Assembly (NCBI GenBank): GCA_964016885.1
Contig: OZ024759.1
Location: forward strand, 21,266,001-21,330,000
Origin: Eledone cirrhosa
Taxonomy: Eukaryota
Direction: 5' to 3'
DNA length: 64,000 bases
A program made the translations under genes and the position numbers. Of this stretch, positions 44,068 to 57,465 are shown one piece after another. The notes beneath the pieces were generated by a model. The model did no database searches. It was not told where the DNA came from and saw nothing but the letters and a program-made list of their open reading frames with translations. Numbering within the stretch: the first letter of the stretch is position 1; every line of letters starts with the position of its first letter.

Positions 44068-44235
44068 CAGTTTAACGTCAATTTTTGACCCTTGCATGGG
44101 TTAGACGGGTCGTCTATGTCGGGAGGCAAGTCTGGTCAGGGTTGGGTCGCACCTTGCTCCGGCGAGGACTGTAAATTAAATTCGGCCAGGTGTTTTACAG
44201 CTGGATGCCCTTCCTAACACCAACCACGTTTCAGT
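44068..44235. mobile_element. Interspersed repeat (end fragments also at about 22090-22130)
   Basis: gtttaacgtc..gcatgggtt(t)agacgg follows (CAT)n at both sites. Confidence 0.5.
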
Positions 44236-44775
44236 GTTGGTTAAGTAAAGAAAAAAAATAAATAAATAAATAGATAAATAAATAATCGTGAAGGAATGGC
44301 AGAGGCGATGTGGTGTTGTAGTTTTCACAGTCGTCCGGCATATGGCAGATGTGGAGTTCTATTCTCGCAGGTGTTATTTGTCTGGAGAAGGAGGAAGATG
44401 GGCTCCATCGGGTTTTTGAAAATGGCCTAGAAACGCCATATGCCAATACGGTATCCCCTACGACCCCACAAAAACTGTCGGGACCATCAATCCAGCTTTA
44501 GTGCAAGCTTTCATTGCTAGATTGTGCTCAGTTCTCTGGACGTTTGGTATGTCGGACAAAATGCCAACAAACGAGAGATTTGTAGTTCGATTCACGCAGG
44601 CGTTTCTGTTCAATTATTTCCATCTCCGGGGTTATTCTACCAGACTTATTTGAATATTTATTTATAATTTATCATCTATTATTTACAGTTAGCTATATTA
44701 AGGCGAACATATTTTCAAATTTAGAAATTTCATCACTACTTCGTGTGTCTGTCTGTCTGTCTGTCTGTCTGTCTG

Positions 44776-45020
44776 CCTTCTCTCTACCTCAGCCTGTAGG
44801 TGGAACAGAAAGAAGGGAGCACCCTCTCTTTGTGCTCCCGTGGAGAAGGGTCGCACACTTTTTTTCGGGGGTGTGTGTGACCCCAAAACGATCCCTCCCT
44901 ATTGAGGACCTTCTTGTTATTATTTTGTTTGTTATATTTTTCTTACTCGATTTTTATGTAAACTCCCCCACCCATGTACATGTCCCTTTCTTTTGTGCCC
45001 TAGTGGCAAATAAACAGAAA
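44776..45020 (+). mobile_element. Tx1-like 3' fragment inserted in (TCTG)n
   Basis: Homologous to 34988-35272 (end of ORF plus 3' UTR). (TCTG)n on both sides. Confidence 0.8.
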
Positions 45021-45190
45021 TCTGTCTGTCTGTCTGTCTGTCTGTCTGTGTGTCTGTCTGTGTGTCTGTCTGTGTGTCTGTCTGTGTCTGCGCGCGTAAG
45101 TACAAATAAATATATGTATGTGTATATGTATTATTGAGTAAAATGACAGGAAGCAGGACTGGTGAAATTCCTTCAAAGATTTATTATAGC

Positions 45191-45252
45191 AAACACTATG
45201 TACATTTCAGTGGCCAGGTTCTGTCAGATCCTGGTGACATCATCAGGTGTTT
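45191..45252 (-). ncRNA. Type I hammerhead ribozyme motif (family E)
   Basis: Minus strand: AAACAC-CTGATGA-tgtcaccagg..cctggccact-GAAA-TGTACA-TA-GTGTTT. The downstream sequence matches the arms of the 25353-25447 palindrome. Confidence 0.75.
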
Positions 45253-45632
45253 ATAGCATAATAGTTATATAATAAAGGAATAAGGGTAAACGCAATCCAA
45301 GAGGCTATTAAAAAACGGAGAAAAATGCTTTTGACTCGAAGGCAATCAGGAGGGCCAGTTGTTGTCAGTTTGGCTGACCATATATATATATATATATATA
45401 TTACATGTGTGTATATGTATGTCTATATATGTGTGCATATATATATGTATATATATGTTTGTGTATATGTATGTCTAAATATATATGCATATAAAAAGAA
45501 TTAGTCGTTTTCGAAGCCTCAACGATGCAGATGGGTAACAAAGTCAGGTGGTAATGAGAGAGAGATGTAAGAGAAAGCGTAGAAAGACACGTAGAGAGCG
45601 TAATAGAAGGTAGGAAAAGTGTAAAAAATAAT

Positions 45633-45828
45633 TGTTTCTGCGTTAGGCACAAGGCCAGTAATTACCCAGTGCATTACTGGTACTTTATTTTATCGACCCC
45701 GTAAGGATGAAAGGCAAAGTTAACCTCGGCGGGATTTGAACTCAGAATCATGATCATAAGGGCCGTTGTAATTCTATGCGTCAAAGCATGGCGTCCGACC
45801 CTCTACTAATACTGCCAATCCACCGCCA
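45633..45828 (-). mobile_element. SINE family 1 with TSD aaaagtgtaaaaaataat
   Basis: TSD at about 45615-45632 and 45829-45846. Confidence 0.9.
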
Positions 45829-46114
45829 AAAAGTGTAAAAAATAATAACACTTGGAAGTGGTTTAATAGTCCCTATATATGCATATATATGTATGTCTAT
45901 ATATTCATATATATGTATGTCTATATATACATATATATGTATGTCTATATATACATTTATGGTAACCATTGACGTGTGCTGTATCGAGGCAAATAACTTG
46001 CTGTCTACTCTGGGAATTTTACACGACCTTACCTATTGAGTACGCTGAGATGCAACTGGTACTAGTAGGAAACCTTATGCTAGTCCCGTAAACCGCTTAA
46101 TATAATTATTATTA

Positions 46115-46293
46115 TTTGGCAGTTTCGGTAGAGGGTCTGACGCCATGCTTTGCAGCAAAGAGTATAGGCCCTTTATGGTCTGAGTTCAAATCCCGCCGAG
46201 GCTAACTTTGCCTTTCATCCTTACGGGGTCGATAAAATAAAGTACCAGTAATGCACTGGGTCTTTGCTGGCCTTGTGCCTAAAGTAGAAACAA
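46115..46293 (+). mobile_element. SINE family 1
   Basis: Head, core and tail match. Confidence 0.9.
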
Positions 46294-46695
46294 TTATATA
46301 TATATGCATATATGCATATGTATATATATATATATGCATATGTATATATATATATATGCATATATATATATATATATATGCATATATATATATATCAATG
46401 TGTGTGTGTTGATTTGATTGATGTGTGCGTCTGTTTGCGGCTTCAGTCTGAATGGCAATTAATTGCTTATAATTACATCTAATTGACGTGAGCGTGAGAA
46501 CGAGAGAGAGAGAGAGAGAGAGGGATAAAGAGTGGAAGAGAGAGAGAGAGGTAGAGAGGAAGGGAGCGAGGAAGAGAGAGTGAGAGAGAGAGAGCTGATA
46601 ATATATATTCCGACATTTATCTATCAAGGTGACATGTGTACATGTGTCAGATTAAGAAGTATATGTAAGTATAAAGTATATATATATATATACTA

Positions 46696-46754
<59 letters not shown>

Positions 46755-46843
46755 GTGTGTGTGTATGTATGTATATGTATATATATATATATGTGTGTGT
46801 GTGCGTGTGTGTATATGTGTATATGTATATATATATATGTGTT

Positions 46844-46876
<33 letters not shown>

Positions 46877-47229
46877 ATATGTGTATATGTATGTATATAT
46901 AAATATGTGTATATGTGTATATGTATGTATATATAAATGTATGTATATATATATATGTGTACGTCTATGTATGTAGATATATATATATGTGTGTGTGTGT
47001 ATATATATGTGTGTGTGTGTGTATATATATGTGTATATGTATGTATATATATATATACATATATGTATATATATATGTGTGTGTGTGTGTATGTGTATAT
47101 GTTTTTATATATACGTGTATATATACGTGTGTGTATGTATATATATGTGTGTATATATGTATGTGCATATATGTATATATATATACGTGTATATATGTCT
47201 GTGTATGTATGTGTATATGTATGTGTATA

Positions 47230-47274
<45 letters not shown>

Positions 47275-47489
47275 CACAAACATACACTCACATATGTGTG
47301 TCTGTGTCTAGGAGAATATGGTATGTCATTAATTAATTTCATTTGTGATTTATTATGTGTCTACCTGGTGTTTACTGGACGAAGGTATGACCGACTGTTT
47401 CTGAAGTCCACTTCATATAACAAGGCTTACCTCGTTCGATCCCACTCTGCGCCATTTTGGGAAACTTCCTTTTACCATAGCCTCGTGTT

Positions 47490-47915
47490 TACCCATGTAT
47501 TGTGGGTCAAATTTATCAAACAGTCAATTTAAAACGCCATCTGCATTATGGGTTAAATTTATCAAACAGTAAGGTTTTGAAACCCATTTGCCTTGTGGGT
47601 TAAATTTATCAAGCGATAAAACATAGAAGGCCATTTACATTATGGGTTAGATTTATCAAAGAGTAAATTATAGAAGACCATCTGCCTTGTGGGTTAAATT
47701 TATCAAAGGGCAAATTATAGAAGGCCATTTGCCTTGTGGGGTAAATTTATCAAAGTGTAAGGTATAGCAGGTCAACTGCCTTGTGTGTTAAATTTATGAA
47801 AGGGTAAAGTATAGCAGGCTAACTGCCTTGAGGGTTACATTTATCAGACAGTAAAGTTTAGACGACCAACTGCTTTGTGGGTGAAATTTATCAGACGGTA
47901 AAGTTTAGAAGGCCA
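47490..47915. repeat. Minisatellite, 47-bp unit, about 9 copies
   Basis: gggttaaatttatc recurs every 47 bp. Confidence 0.9.
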
Positions 47916-48292
47916 TCATATCGAGTACACGTGTCATTTCAAAGGTCCAGGCGTGTCTCACACACTCTAAACAACTTTGTGACGACTCGTGGCTTAGCGG
48001 TTAAGGTGTTCGACTGACGGTTGTAAGGTGGAGAGTTCGATTCCTGGAGCGAACTACGTGTTATGTCCTTGAACGAGACACTTCTACTTAACGTTGCTTC
48101 AGTGTACTCACCTGCCAAAATAAGTGTTATACCTCCAATTTAAAAGGCATATTCTTCTTCAAAGAAACCTTAAGCGGTGGTCGCCTACTACAAAACCTAC
48201 TGGTCACACTGCGTAATTTCGCTGGAACCATCTATCCAATGACACATTGGGTTCTGACAACGTTGTCAGCCCCACTACAAGATAGTGGAATA

Positions 48293-48405
<113 letters not shown>

Positions 48406-48419
48406 ATTAATCAGTATAC

Positions 48420-48728
48420 ACTGAGGATGAAAAACTCAGAGCTGTATGGGAGCATCCCAAAAGTCAGCTCAAAAGTGACACAGAAGAGACTGAGGTTGGC
48501 TGGACATGCTCACCGACATCCAGAGTTGACATTGCACTCAGTGCTCCTTTGGGAGCCCCTACATGGACACACTAGAAGAGGAAGACCAAGGTTAACATAT
48601 GTTGATGCCCTAAGGACAGACACTGGTCTGTTGGAGATGCAGGATATGGCAGCGATAATGAGGGACAGAGACCGCTGGAGAGAACTCGTCCATGGATCTC
48701 GGGAATGTTATCCGCCTTAGATAGATAC
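48420..48728 (+). mobile_element. RTE-type LINE 3' fragment
   Basis: LYGSIPKVS..RLRLAGHAHRHPEL..LLWEP..RRGRPRLTYVD..RDRDRWR, typical of the RTE/RTEX ORF C-terminus. Confidence 0.8.
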
Positions 48729-48823
48729 ACACAATGATATTAAATAAATGGAAACTATATTTATTAAACCATATTTATTTGATTTTATATATTTCAAGGG
48801 CACCAAGACAACATTGGTACGCT

Positions 48824-49023
48824 NNNNNNNNNNNNNNNNNNNNNNNNNNNNNNNNNNNNNNNNNNNNNNNNNNNNNNNNNNNNNNNNNNNNNNNNNNNNN
48901 NNNNNNNNNNNNNNNNNNNNNNNNNNNNNNNNNNNNNNNNNNNNNNNNNNNNNNNNNNNNNNNNNNNNNNNNNNNNNNNNNNNNNNNNNNNNNNNNNNNN
49001 NNNNNNNNNNNNNNNNNNNNNNN
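48824..49023. other. Assembly gap (200 N)
   Basis: Run of N. Confidence 1.
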
Positions 49024-49229
49024 TATATATATATATATTATATATATATATATATTATATATATATATTATATATATATATATATATTATATATATATAT
49101 ATTATATATATATATTATATATATATATATATATTATATATATATATATATTATATATATATTATATATATATATAATATATAATTATATATATAATATA
49201 TATAATATATATATATATATAATATATAT

Positions 49230-49274
<45 letters not shown>

Positions 49275-49339
49275 TATATTTATATAATATATATATATAA
49301 TATATATATATATATAATTTATATATATATATAATATAT

Positions 49340-49371
<32 letters not shown>

Positions 49372-49407
49372 ATATATATATATAATATATATATATATAT
49401 AATATAT

Positions 49408-49439
<32 letters not shown>

Positions 49440-49573
49440 ATATATATATATAATATATATATATAATATATATATATAGATATAATATATATATATTATA
49501 TCTATATATATATTATTATATATATATATTATATATATATATTATATATATATATATATAATATATATTATTA

Positions 49574-49608
<35 letters not shown>

Positions 49609-49832
49609 ATTATATATATATATTATATATATATATATAATATATATATATAATATATATTATATATATATTATATATATATATTATATATATATATATA
49701 ATATATATATAATATATATTATATATATATTATATATATATTATATATATATATAATATATATATATAATATAATATAATATATATATAATATATATATA
49801 ATATATATATTATATATATATTATATATATAT

Positions 49833-49867
<35 letters not shown>

Positions 49868-50021
49868 ATATATATATTATATATATATTATATATTATAT
49901 ATATATATATATAATATATATATAATATATATATATTATATATATAATATATATATATTATATATATATAATATATATATATTATATATATATTATATAT
50001 ATATAATATATATATAATATA

Positions 50022-50070
<49 letters not shown>

Positions 50071-50747
50071 TATATATATAATATATATAATATATATAAT
50101 ATATATATATTATATATATTATATATATATAATATATATATATATATATAATATATATATTATATATATATATAATATATATTATATATATTATATATAT
50201 ATAATATTATATAATATATATATATTATATATATATATTATATATATATTATATATATATATATTATATATATATATATATTAGATATATTTTATATATA
50301 TAATATTATATAATATATATATATTATTATATATTATTTATATATATATTTATTATATATATATTATATATATATTATATATATATTATATATATAATAT
50401 ATATATTATATATATATTATATATATATTATATATATATTATATATATATATTATATAAGATATTTATATATATTAGATATATAATTATATTATATAGTA
50501 TATTATATATATATAATTATATATATATATATAATATATATATTTATATATATATTATTATATATATATTATAATATATATATATAATATATATATAATA
50601 TATATATATTATATATATATATTATATATATATTATATATATATATTATAATATATATATATAATATATATATATAATATATATATAGATATAATATATA
50701 TATATTATATCTATATATATATATTATATATAATATTATATATATAT

Positions 50748-50779
<32 letters not shown>

Positions 50780-50879
50780 ATATATTATATAATATATATA
50801 TATTATATATATATATTATATATATATATATAGATATTATATATATATATATATTATATATATATATATTATATATATA

Positions 50880-50928
<49 letters not shown>

Positions 50929-51274
50929 ATTATATATATATATTATATATATATATATATATTATATATATATATATATTATATATATATTATATATATA
51001 TATTATATATTATATATATATATTATATATTATATATATATATATTATATATATATATTATATATATATATATATATTATATATATATATATTATATATT
51101 ATATATATATATTATATATTATATATATATATATTATATATATATATTATATATATATATATATATTATATATATATATATTATATATATATATATATTA
51201 TATATATATATTATATATATATATATATTATATATATATATTATATATTATATATATATATATTATATATATAT

Positions 51275-51306
<32 letters not shown>

Positions 51307-51452
51307 ATTATATATTATATATATATATTATATATTATATATATATATTATATATATATATTATATATATTATATATTATATATATATATATTATATATT
51401 ATATATATTATATATTATATATATTATATATATTATATATATTATATATATA
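49024..51452. repeat. About 2.4 kb of almost pure A/T (TA)n-derived satellite next to the gap
   Basis: Direct inspection. Confidence 0.95.
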
Positions 51453-51986
51453 TGTGTGTTTGGAACTAACGATTGTCAGCAAGAAAATGTCTTAAACATA
51501 ATCTTGATTGTTCTTTATATTCCTGCTCTGTAATACATCTGATGTATTTACATTGAGCTATTTTTCATACTGGTAATAAGGTGGTAAAAAATAAAAAATA
51601 CTGACCTTTCCTGTTTATAATTATATATAGTTTATATATAATTATAAATAATATTTTTATTATATTATGTATATATATATTATATTATATTATATATATT
51701 ATATTATATTATATGTATTATATTATATATATATATATATTATATATATTATATATGTATTATATTATATATATTATATATAATATATATATTATAAATA
51801 TTATATGTATATTATATATATATATAATAAATATTATATATTATATGTAATATATATATATTATATATTTTTCATATTATATATAATATATATATTATAT
51901 TTTATAAACAATATGATGCAATATAGTTTTTAAATAATGGAGTAATTGTATATAAGCATAAATATAAAAATATACATATGTACATA

Positions 51987-52019
<33 letters not shown>

Positions 52020-52242
52020 GCATATATATGTGTGTGTGTGTGTGATAGTTGCAAAAATATAAAGAATGTATATGATACATATGAAACATAATTAAATGTG
52101 CATAGTAATATTAATACGTATGTTTTTGTGCATGTGTGTATATATATATATATACATATTTATATGTATATTATATATATGTATATATTGTATATATGTG
52201 TATTGTATATATGTATATTGTATATATGTATATATATATTGT

Positions 52243-52279
<37 letters not shown>

Positions 52280-52526
52280 ATACATATATACAATATACAT
52301 ATATACAATATATACATATATATAATATACATATATGTAAATTATATATATATGATATACATATATATGATATATATATATATATATATATATCATATAT
52401 ATGTATATCATATATATATAATTTACATATATGTATATTTTTTATGTTATACATATATTGTATATATATGTATATATATATAATTTACATATATGTATAT
52501 TTTTTATGTTATACATATATTGTATA

Positions 52527-52565
<39 letters not shown>

Positions 52566-52592
52566 AATGTATTATTATATATCTATATATTC

Positions 52593-52734
<142 letters not shown>

Positions 52735-52735
52735 G

Positions 52736-52805
<70 letters not shown>

Positions 52806-52845
52806 TATGTGTATATATATATGTATATATATGTATATATATATG

Positions 52846-53055
<210 letters not shown>

Positions 53056-53117
53056 TATAACCAGGCTTAATGGTAAATGGTTGAATGAATGATTGAAAGA
53101 AGAAGTAGGGAAGGTGT

Positions 53118-53123
53118 ACTTAC
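53118..53123 (-). other. 5' splice donor (C|GTAAGT) ending Msx exon 1
   Basis: The minus strand reads CCG CAA CCA C|GTAAGT, a consensus donor. Sequence degenerates into (TA)n shortly after. Confidence 0.85.
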
Positions 53124-53485
53124 GTGGTTGCGGTGAGACAGTTGCGGAGGAGAGCCACGGAAATGAGGCCGACGCACAAGCCGACACGGGCCACCTCGCA
53201 TCATGGTGATGATGATGCTGCGGTAGGAAGTGCGACACAGTCGCAGAGGCGGCGGCGGCGGCTGCGACGGCGGCGTCCGAGGACGGCTGGTTGCTGGTGT
53301 ACCGTAGTATGTTGCTACTTGGTTTACTTAGAATCCCAGCCACACTGAACGAGTGGACGGACGAAGATCCGCCGGACGAAGGTGAGGACGAAGAGTGCGG
53401 CGAACCCGCCGTGGTCCCCGTTGCGCCACCCGGCCCAACACCCACTACACAGCTGTCCTCGGCTACTAGCCTGTTATTATTATTA

Positions 53486-53533
<48 letters not shown>

Positions 53534-54804
53534 GTTGTAGTAGTCGTAGTAGTAGTACTACTACTGTTATTGGTGTTGTTGTTGTTGTTGACGGGGTTGG
53601 AGGGTGAACTTAAACGGCGACATGTTTTTGGAGGCTGTTCTGATCGTCGTTGTTGATGTGAGGGTCATCATCATGTCCACTAGTAAAGTGATGGCTGTTT
53701 TTGTTGTGTAAGTGATGGTGGTGGTGGTGGTGGTGGTGATGGTGGTTATGAAGGTGTTGCGAATGACTGTTGAAGGTGCTGTTGTTGTTACTACTACTGT
53801 TGTTGTTGTTGTTGTGGAGGTGGTGATGGTGGAGGAGATGGTGGTGTCCTTTGTTGTTGTTGTTGTTGTGACTGCTGCCAATGTGACTGTTATTGTCCGA
53901 TGTGGCGATAATCGAATCGACACTGAAGCGTATCGATTCCTTGCCCGGCTGCGTCGGAGGCGGCTGGGGTGGTGGCGGCGGCGCCGGACTTCGATGGATG
54001 GCCACGTAGGAGATCGAACCCGGCAGGCCGACCACCGGTAGGGGCGTCATTGGCGTCGGTGTCGTTGTAGGTGACGAATCCGGTGACATGGAGGAATCGG
54101 CTACGGACGAGGCCAAAGACGAGATCGAACTTGTATCGCCGATATTCACGTCGATCATCGTCGGACTATTGCTGTTGTTGTTGTTGTTGCTGTTGTTGTT
54201 GTTGTTGTTAAGATAGAGTTCCGAAGACGATGACGACGACGATGACGTCATCATCATCATCGCCGTTGTCGTCGTCGTCGTTGTCATAGATTTGTTGTTA
54301 CTGTTGTTGTTGTTGTTGTTGTTAATACTACTACCGTTGCTACTACCACTACTACCATTACTACTGTTACTACAACCAACACTGATCGTAGTGGAACCAT
54401 TCACAAGCACACCACTGCAACCAATACCACCACCACTACCACCACCACCACCACAACCACCACCACCACCACTACTACTACTACTACTATTATTGTTATT
54501 ACTGCTGCTGCTGTTACTACTACCACCACCACCGCCGCCACTACCACTACTACTTCCACAACCACTACTAGCACCACCACTACCGCCACCAACACCGCCA
54601 CCAACACTACTACTACTACCACCACTTGCACCACCACCACCACAACCACCACCACCACTACCACCACCACTACTACTACTACTGCCGATATCAATATGAG
54701 CGACCAGTAGTGGCGAGCCAGTTGCCGTCGTGTGGACGAGCCCGTTACTATTCTTTTGGCGACGGCGGCGGTGGAGGAGGTGGTGGTGGTGTTGGCATCG
54801 TTCT

Positions 54805-54836
<32 letters not shown>

Positions 54837-54964
54837 AGGTGGTGGTGGTGATGGTGACTGTTGTTATTATTGTTGTTGTTGTTGTTATTGCTGTTATTAG
54901 CAAAGGAACTGTTAGGTTTGCTGAAGGCCGAGGTGTTACTCGTTGTTAAGGTTGTTTTCAACAT
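53124..54964 (-). CDS. Msx: Msx/msh homeobox gene, coding exon 1 (N-terminal region, about 614 codons after correcting two apparent 1-nt frameshifts); homeobox exon not found in window
   Basis: ATG at 54964 gives [17 protein letters not shown]. Then come eh1-like [19 protein letters not shown] and [15 protein letters not shown], in the same order as SAFSKP / FSV..L / FSVEGILSKP / FPWL..SPPPR recalled from invertebrate (amphioxus) Msx. A GTAAGT donor starts at 53123 in phase 1, where Msx genes have their intron upstream of the homeobox. Three ORF-track frames (54401-54964, 53610-54410, 52591-53445) join by adding 1 nt twice. Confidence 0.85.
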
Positions 54965-56138
54965 GTCGGATATTTTTGTATTATGTAGTGTATCTTTTTT
55001 CCTTTTTTATTCGTCAGTGGGCGAATGGGGAATAATTTTGGATTTATTTACGTGTGTGTATATGTTCGTGTATGTATGTATGGTTGTATGGTTGTGTATG
55101 TGCGTACGTGCGTGTGTATCTATGTATCTGGTGTGGCCTAACCACAGCTCAACTTTGGTCGAGCAGACCTATGGTCAAAAGGCCTTTCAGCCGTGACCAT
55201 CCTGCCTTTTCTGTTAGTATATATACATATATATATATATATGTATATATATAGATATATATATATTTGTCAGGAATTGACTACATTATTGGATGAAGAA
55301 TTTTGGCGGAGATTTCACTGCTATTTTGAACAGGTCAAGTAACTGCATGAGAGGCTCCGTCGTAGATGTTTTTGCCCCTTTTTTTCTCTGTGTGAGGGCG
55401 TCCCTAGACTCGGGACGCAGGCCACCACCCCGCCCACTCTACTTACAAATGGAGATGTGAACTAAATGAGACTGTCTCAAAAACAATCATCATTTCTATC
55501 ATCAACATCATCCACCTTATGTATATATATATATATATACACATATATATACATGTAATATGAAGAATGTATATATATTTAAATATATAGATATTTATAT
55601 GCACTATATGTACACTATATTAAATATATACATTATATATATATTTGTGTATGCATGTGTTTGTGATATTTGCGGAAGAATGTAATATTACTACTACTAT
55701 TCCTATGTACACATATATATATGTATGTATGTACGTATATGTATGTATATATGTATGTATGTATGTATATGTATGTATATATGTGTGTATATATATATGT
55801 ATCACTTAAGATGTCTATGGGAGGGAAGAAGAAATATTTTTTTTAAATATTAAATTAGTTATGTTGTGTAATGTATAGTGAAGTAGGTATATGGGTGTAT
55901 AAAGCAAAGTAGTGTATGATATATATATGTGTGTATATATATATATTTTTTTTTTTTTTTACATTTTTGTTGTTGTTGGTCAAGGGGAAAAAATATTCCT
56001 TGGAAAATAGCACTGACGTGAAATCCTTAAAATTTTGACATATTTGGGAGAAAAAAAATTCTATTATTTCTTCTGATGAAGTCTTACTCTCTTTTCTGTT
56101 TGCTTTCTCTCTTTTTCTCTTTGTTTTTGTATTTTCTT

Positions 56139-56184
<46 letters not shown>

Positions 56185-57075
56185 TTTTTTTTTTCTCGTT
56201 TATTCTTTTACTGGTGTCAGTCATTAGACTGCGGCCATGCTGAGCACTGCCTTATGTGATTTTGTAATATATATATATATATATGTATGTATGTGTGTAT
56301 TTTTTATTATTATTTATTTCTCTTTGATTTTCGGCATTATTTTGTGACAATTATCTGTATTTCTGTTGTGGAAGTTGTTGTTGTTGTAGTTGTTGTTGTA
56401 GTTGTTGTAGTAGTTGCTGTGGGGTACCATATTCCATCAATATAAAATATACAATTCCAGGTTCGCCACGGCTTGTTTGTTCCGTAATGTTTACACACAA
56501 CAATATTCGTGAAATATTTATACTAGTAAAAATTGTAATAATAGTATTATTATTATTATTATGGTTTTCTAACTTAGGTAAAAAAGGCCACAAATATTGG
56601 AAAGTATATATATGTATATATATGTGTGTGTGTTAGTGTGTGTAGTATATGTATGTGAATATGTGTATATATATTTATATGTGAAATGAATATATGTATA
56701 TGTGAATATGTATATATATGTGTATGTGAATGTGTATATATGTATATATAGTTAAGTGTTTGTGAATACGTATATATATATATGAGTATGTATATATGTG
56801 TATATATATATATGTATATATAATCGATTATATGGATAATTCCACTATCTCCGGAAGTTGGACATCAAACAATAACGATAATAGTAATAATAATGGAAAT
56901 AAATAAATTAATTAATTATATATAAATTAATTATTCTTTAAGGTTTAAGTTGATGAAAAAGAACAATTTGTAGTGGAAGAGAGACACAAGGCATCGAACT
57001 CAAATAGATTTGGAAGGTTTTTGGACGATTTCAGGAACCCCAAATTCCTATCAATTATATAATCGTTATTAGTTT

Positions 57076-57108
<33 letters not shown>

Positions 57109-57420
57109 ATGTTTTAAATAATTATGTTGATGTCGTGTTATGCCAAATTGTGTGTTGCCATTTTTCTTTGAAATTATATGTTCTTATGTGTATGTATACA
57201 TATACATATATATATATATATATGTATGTATATAATATATAATGTATGCGTATGTTTATGTATGCATATGTCTGTGTGTGTATTTATGTGTGTGTGTTTG
57301 TGTGTGTGTATATACCTATATGTATGTGTGTGTGTGTGATGTTTGCATTCAAGATTTTTTTCTTTTCTTCGTTAAATATGTAGATGGGACTGTGGTAAAT
57401 TTCCTTTATTCTAATCGTGT

Positions 57421-57465
<45 letters not shown>

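Noticed and set aside
48204-48240. WFQ in an ORF as a possible homeobox exon
   Set aside because: The context ([11 protein letters not shown]) has no homeodomain similarity.
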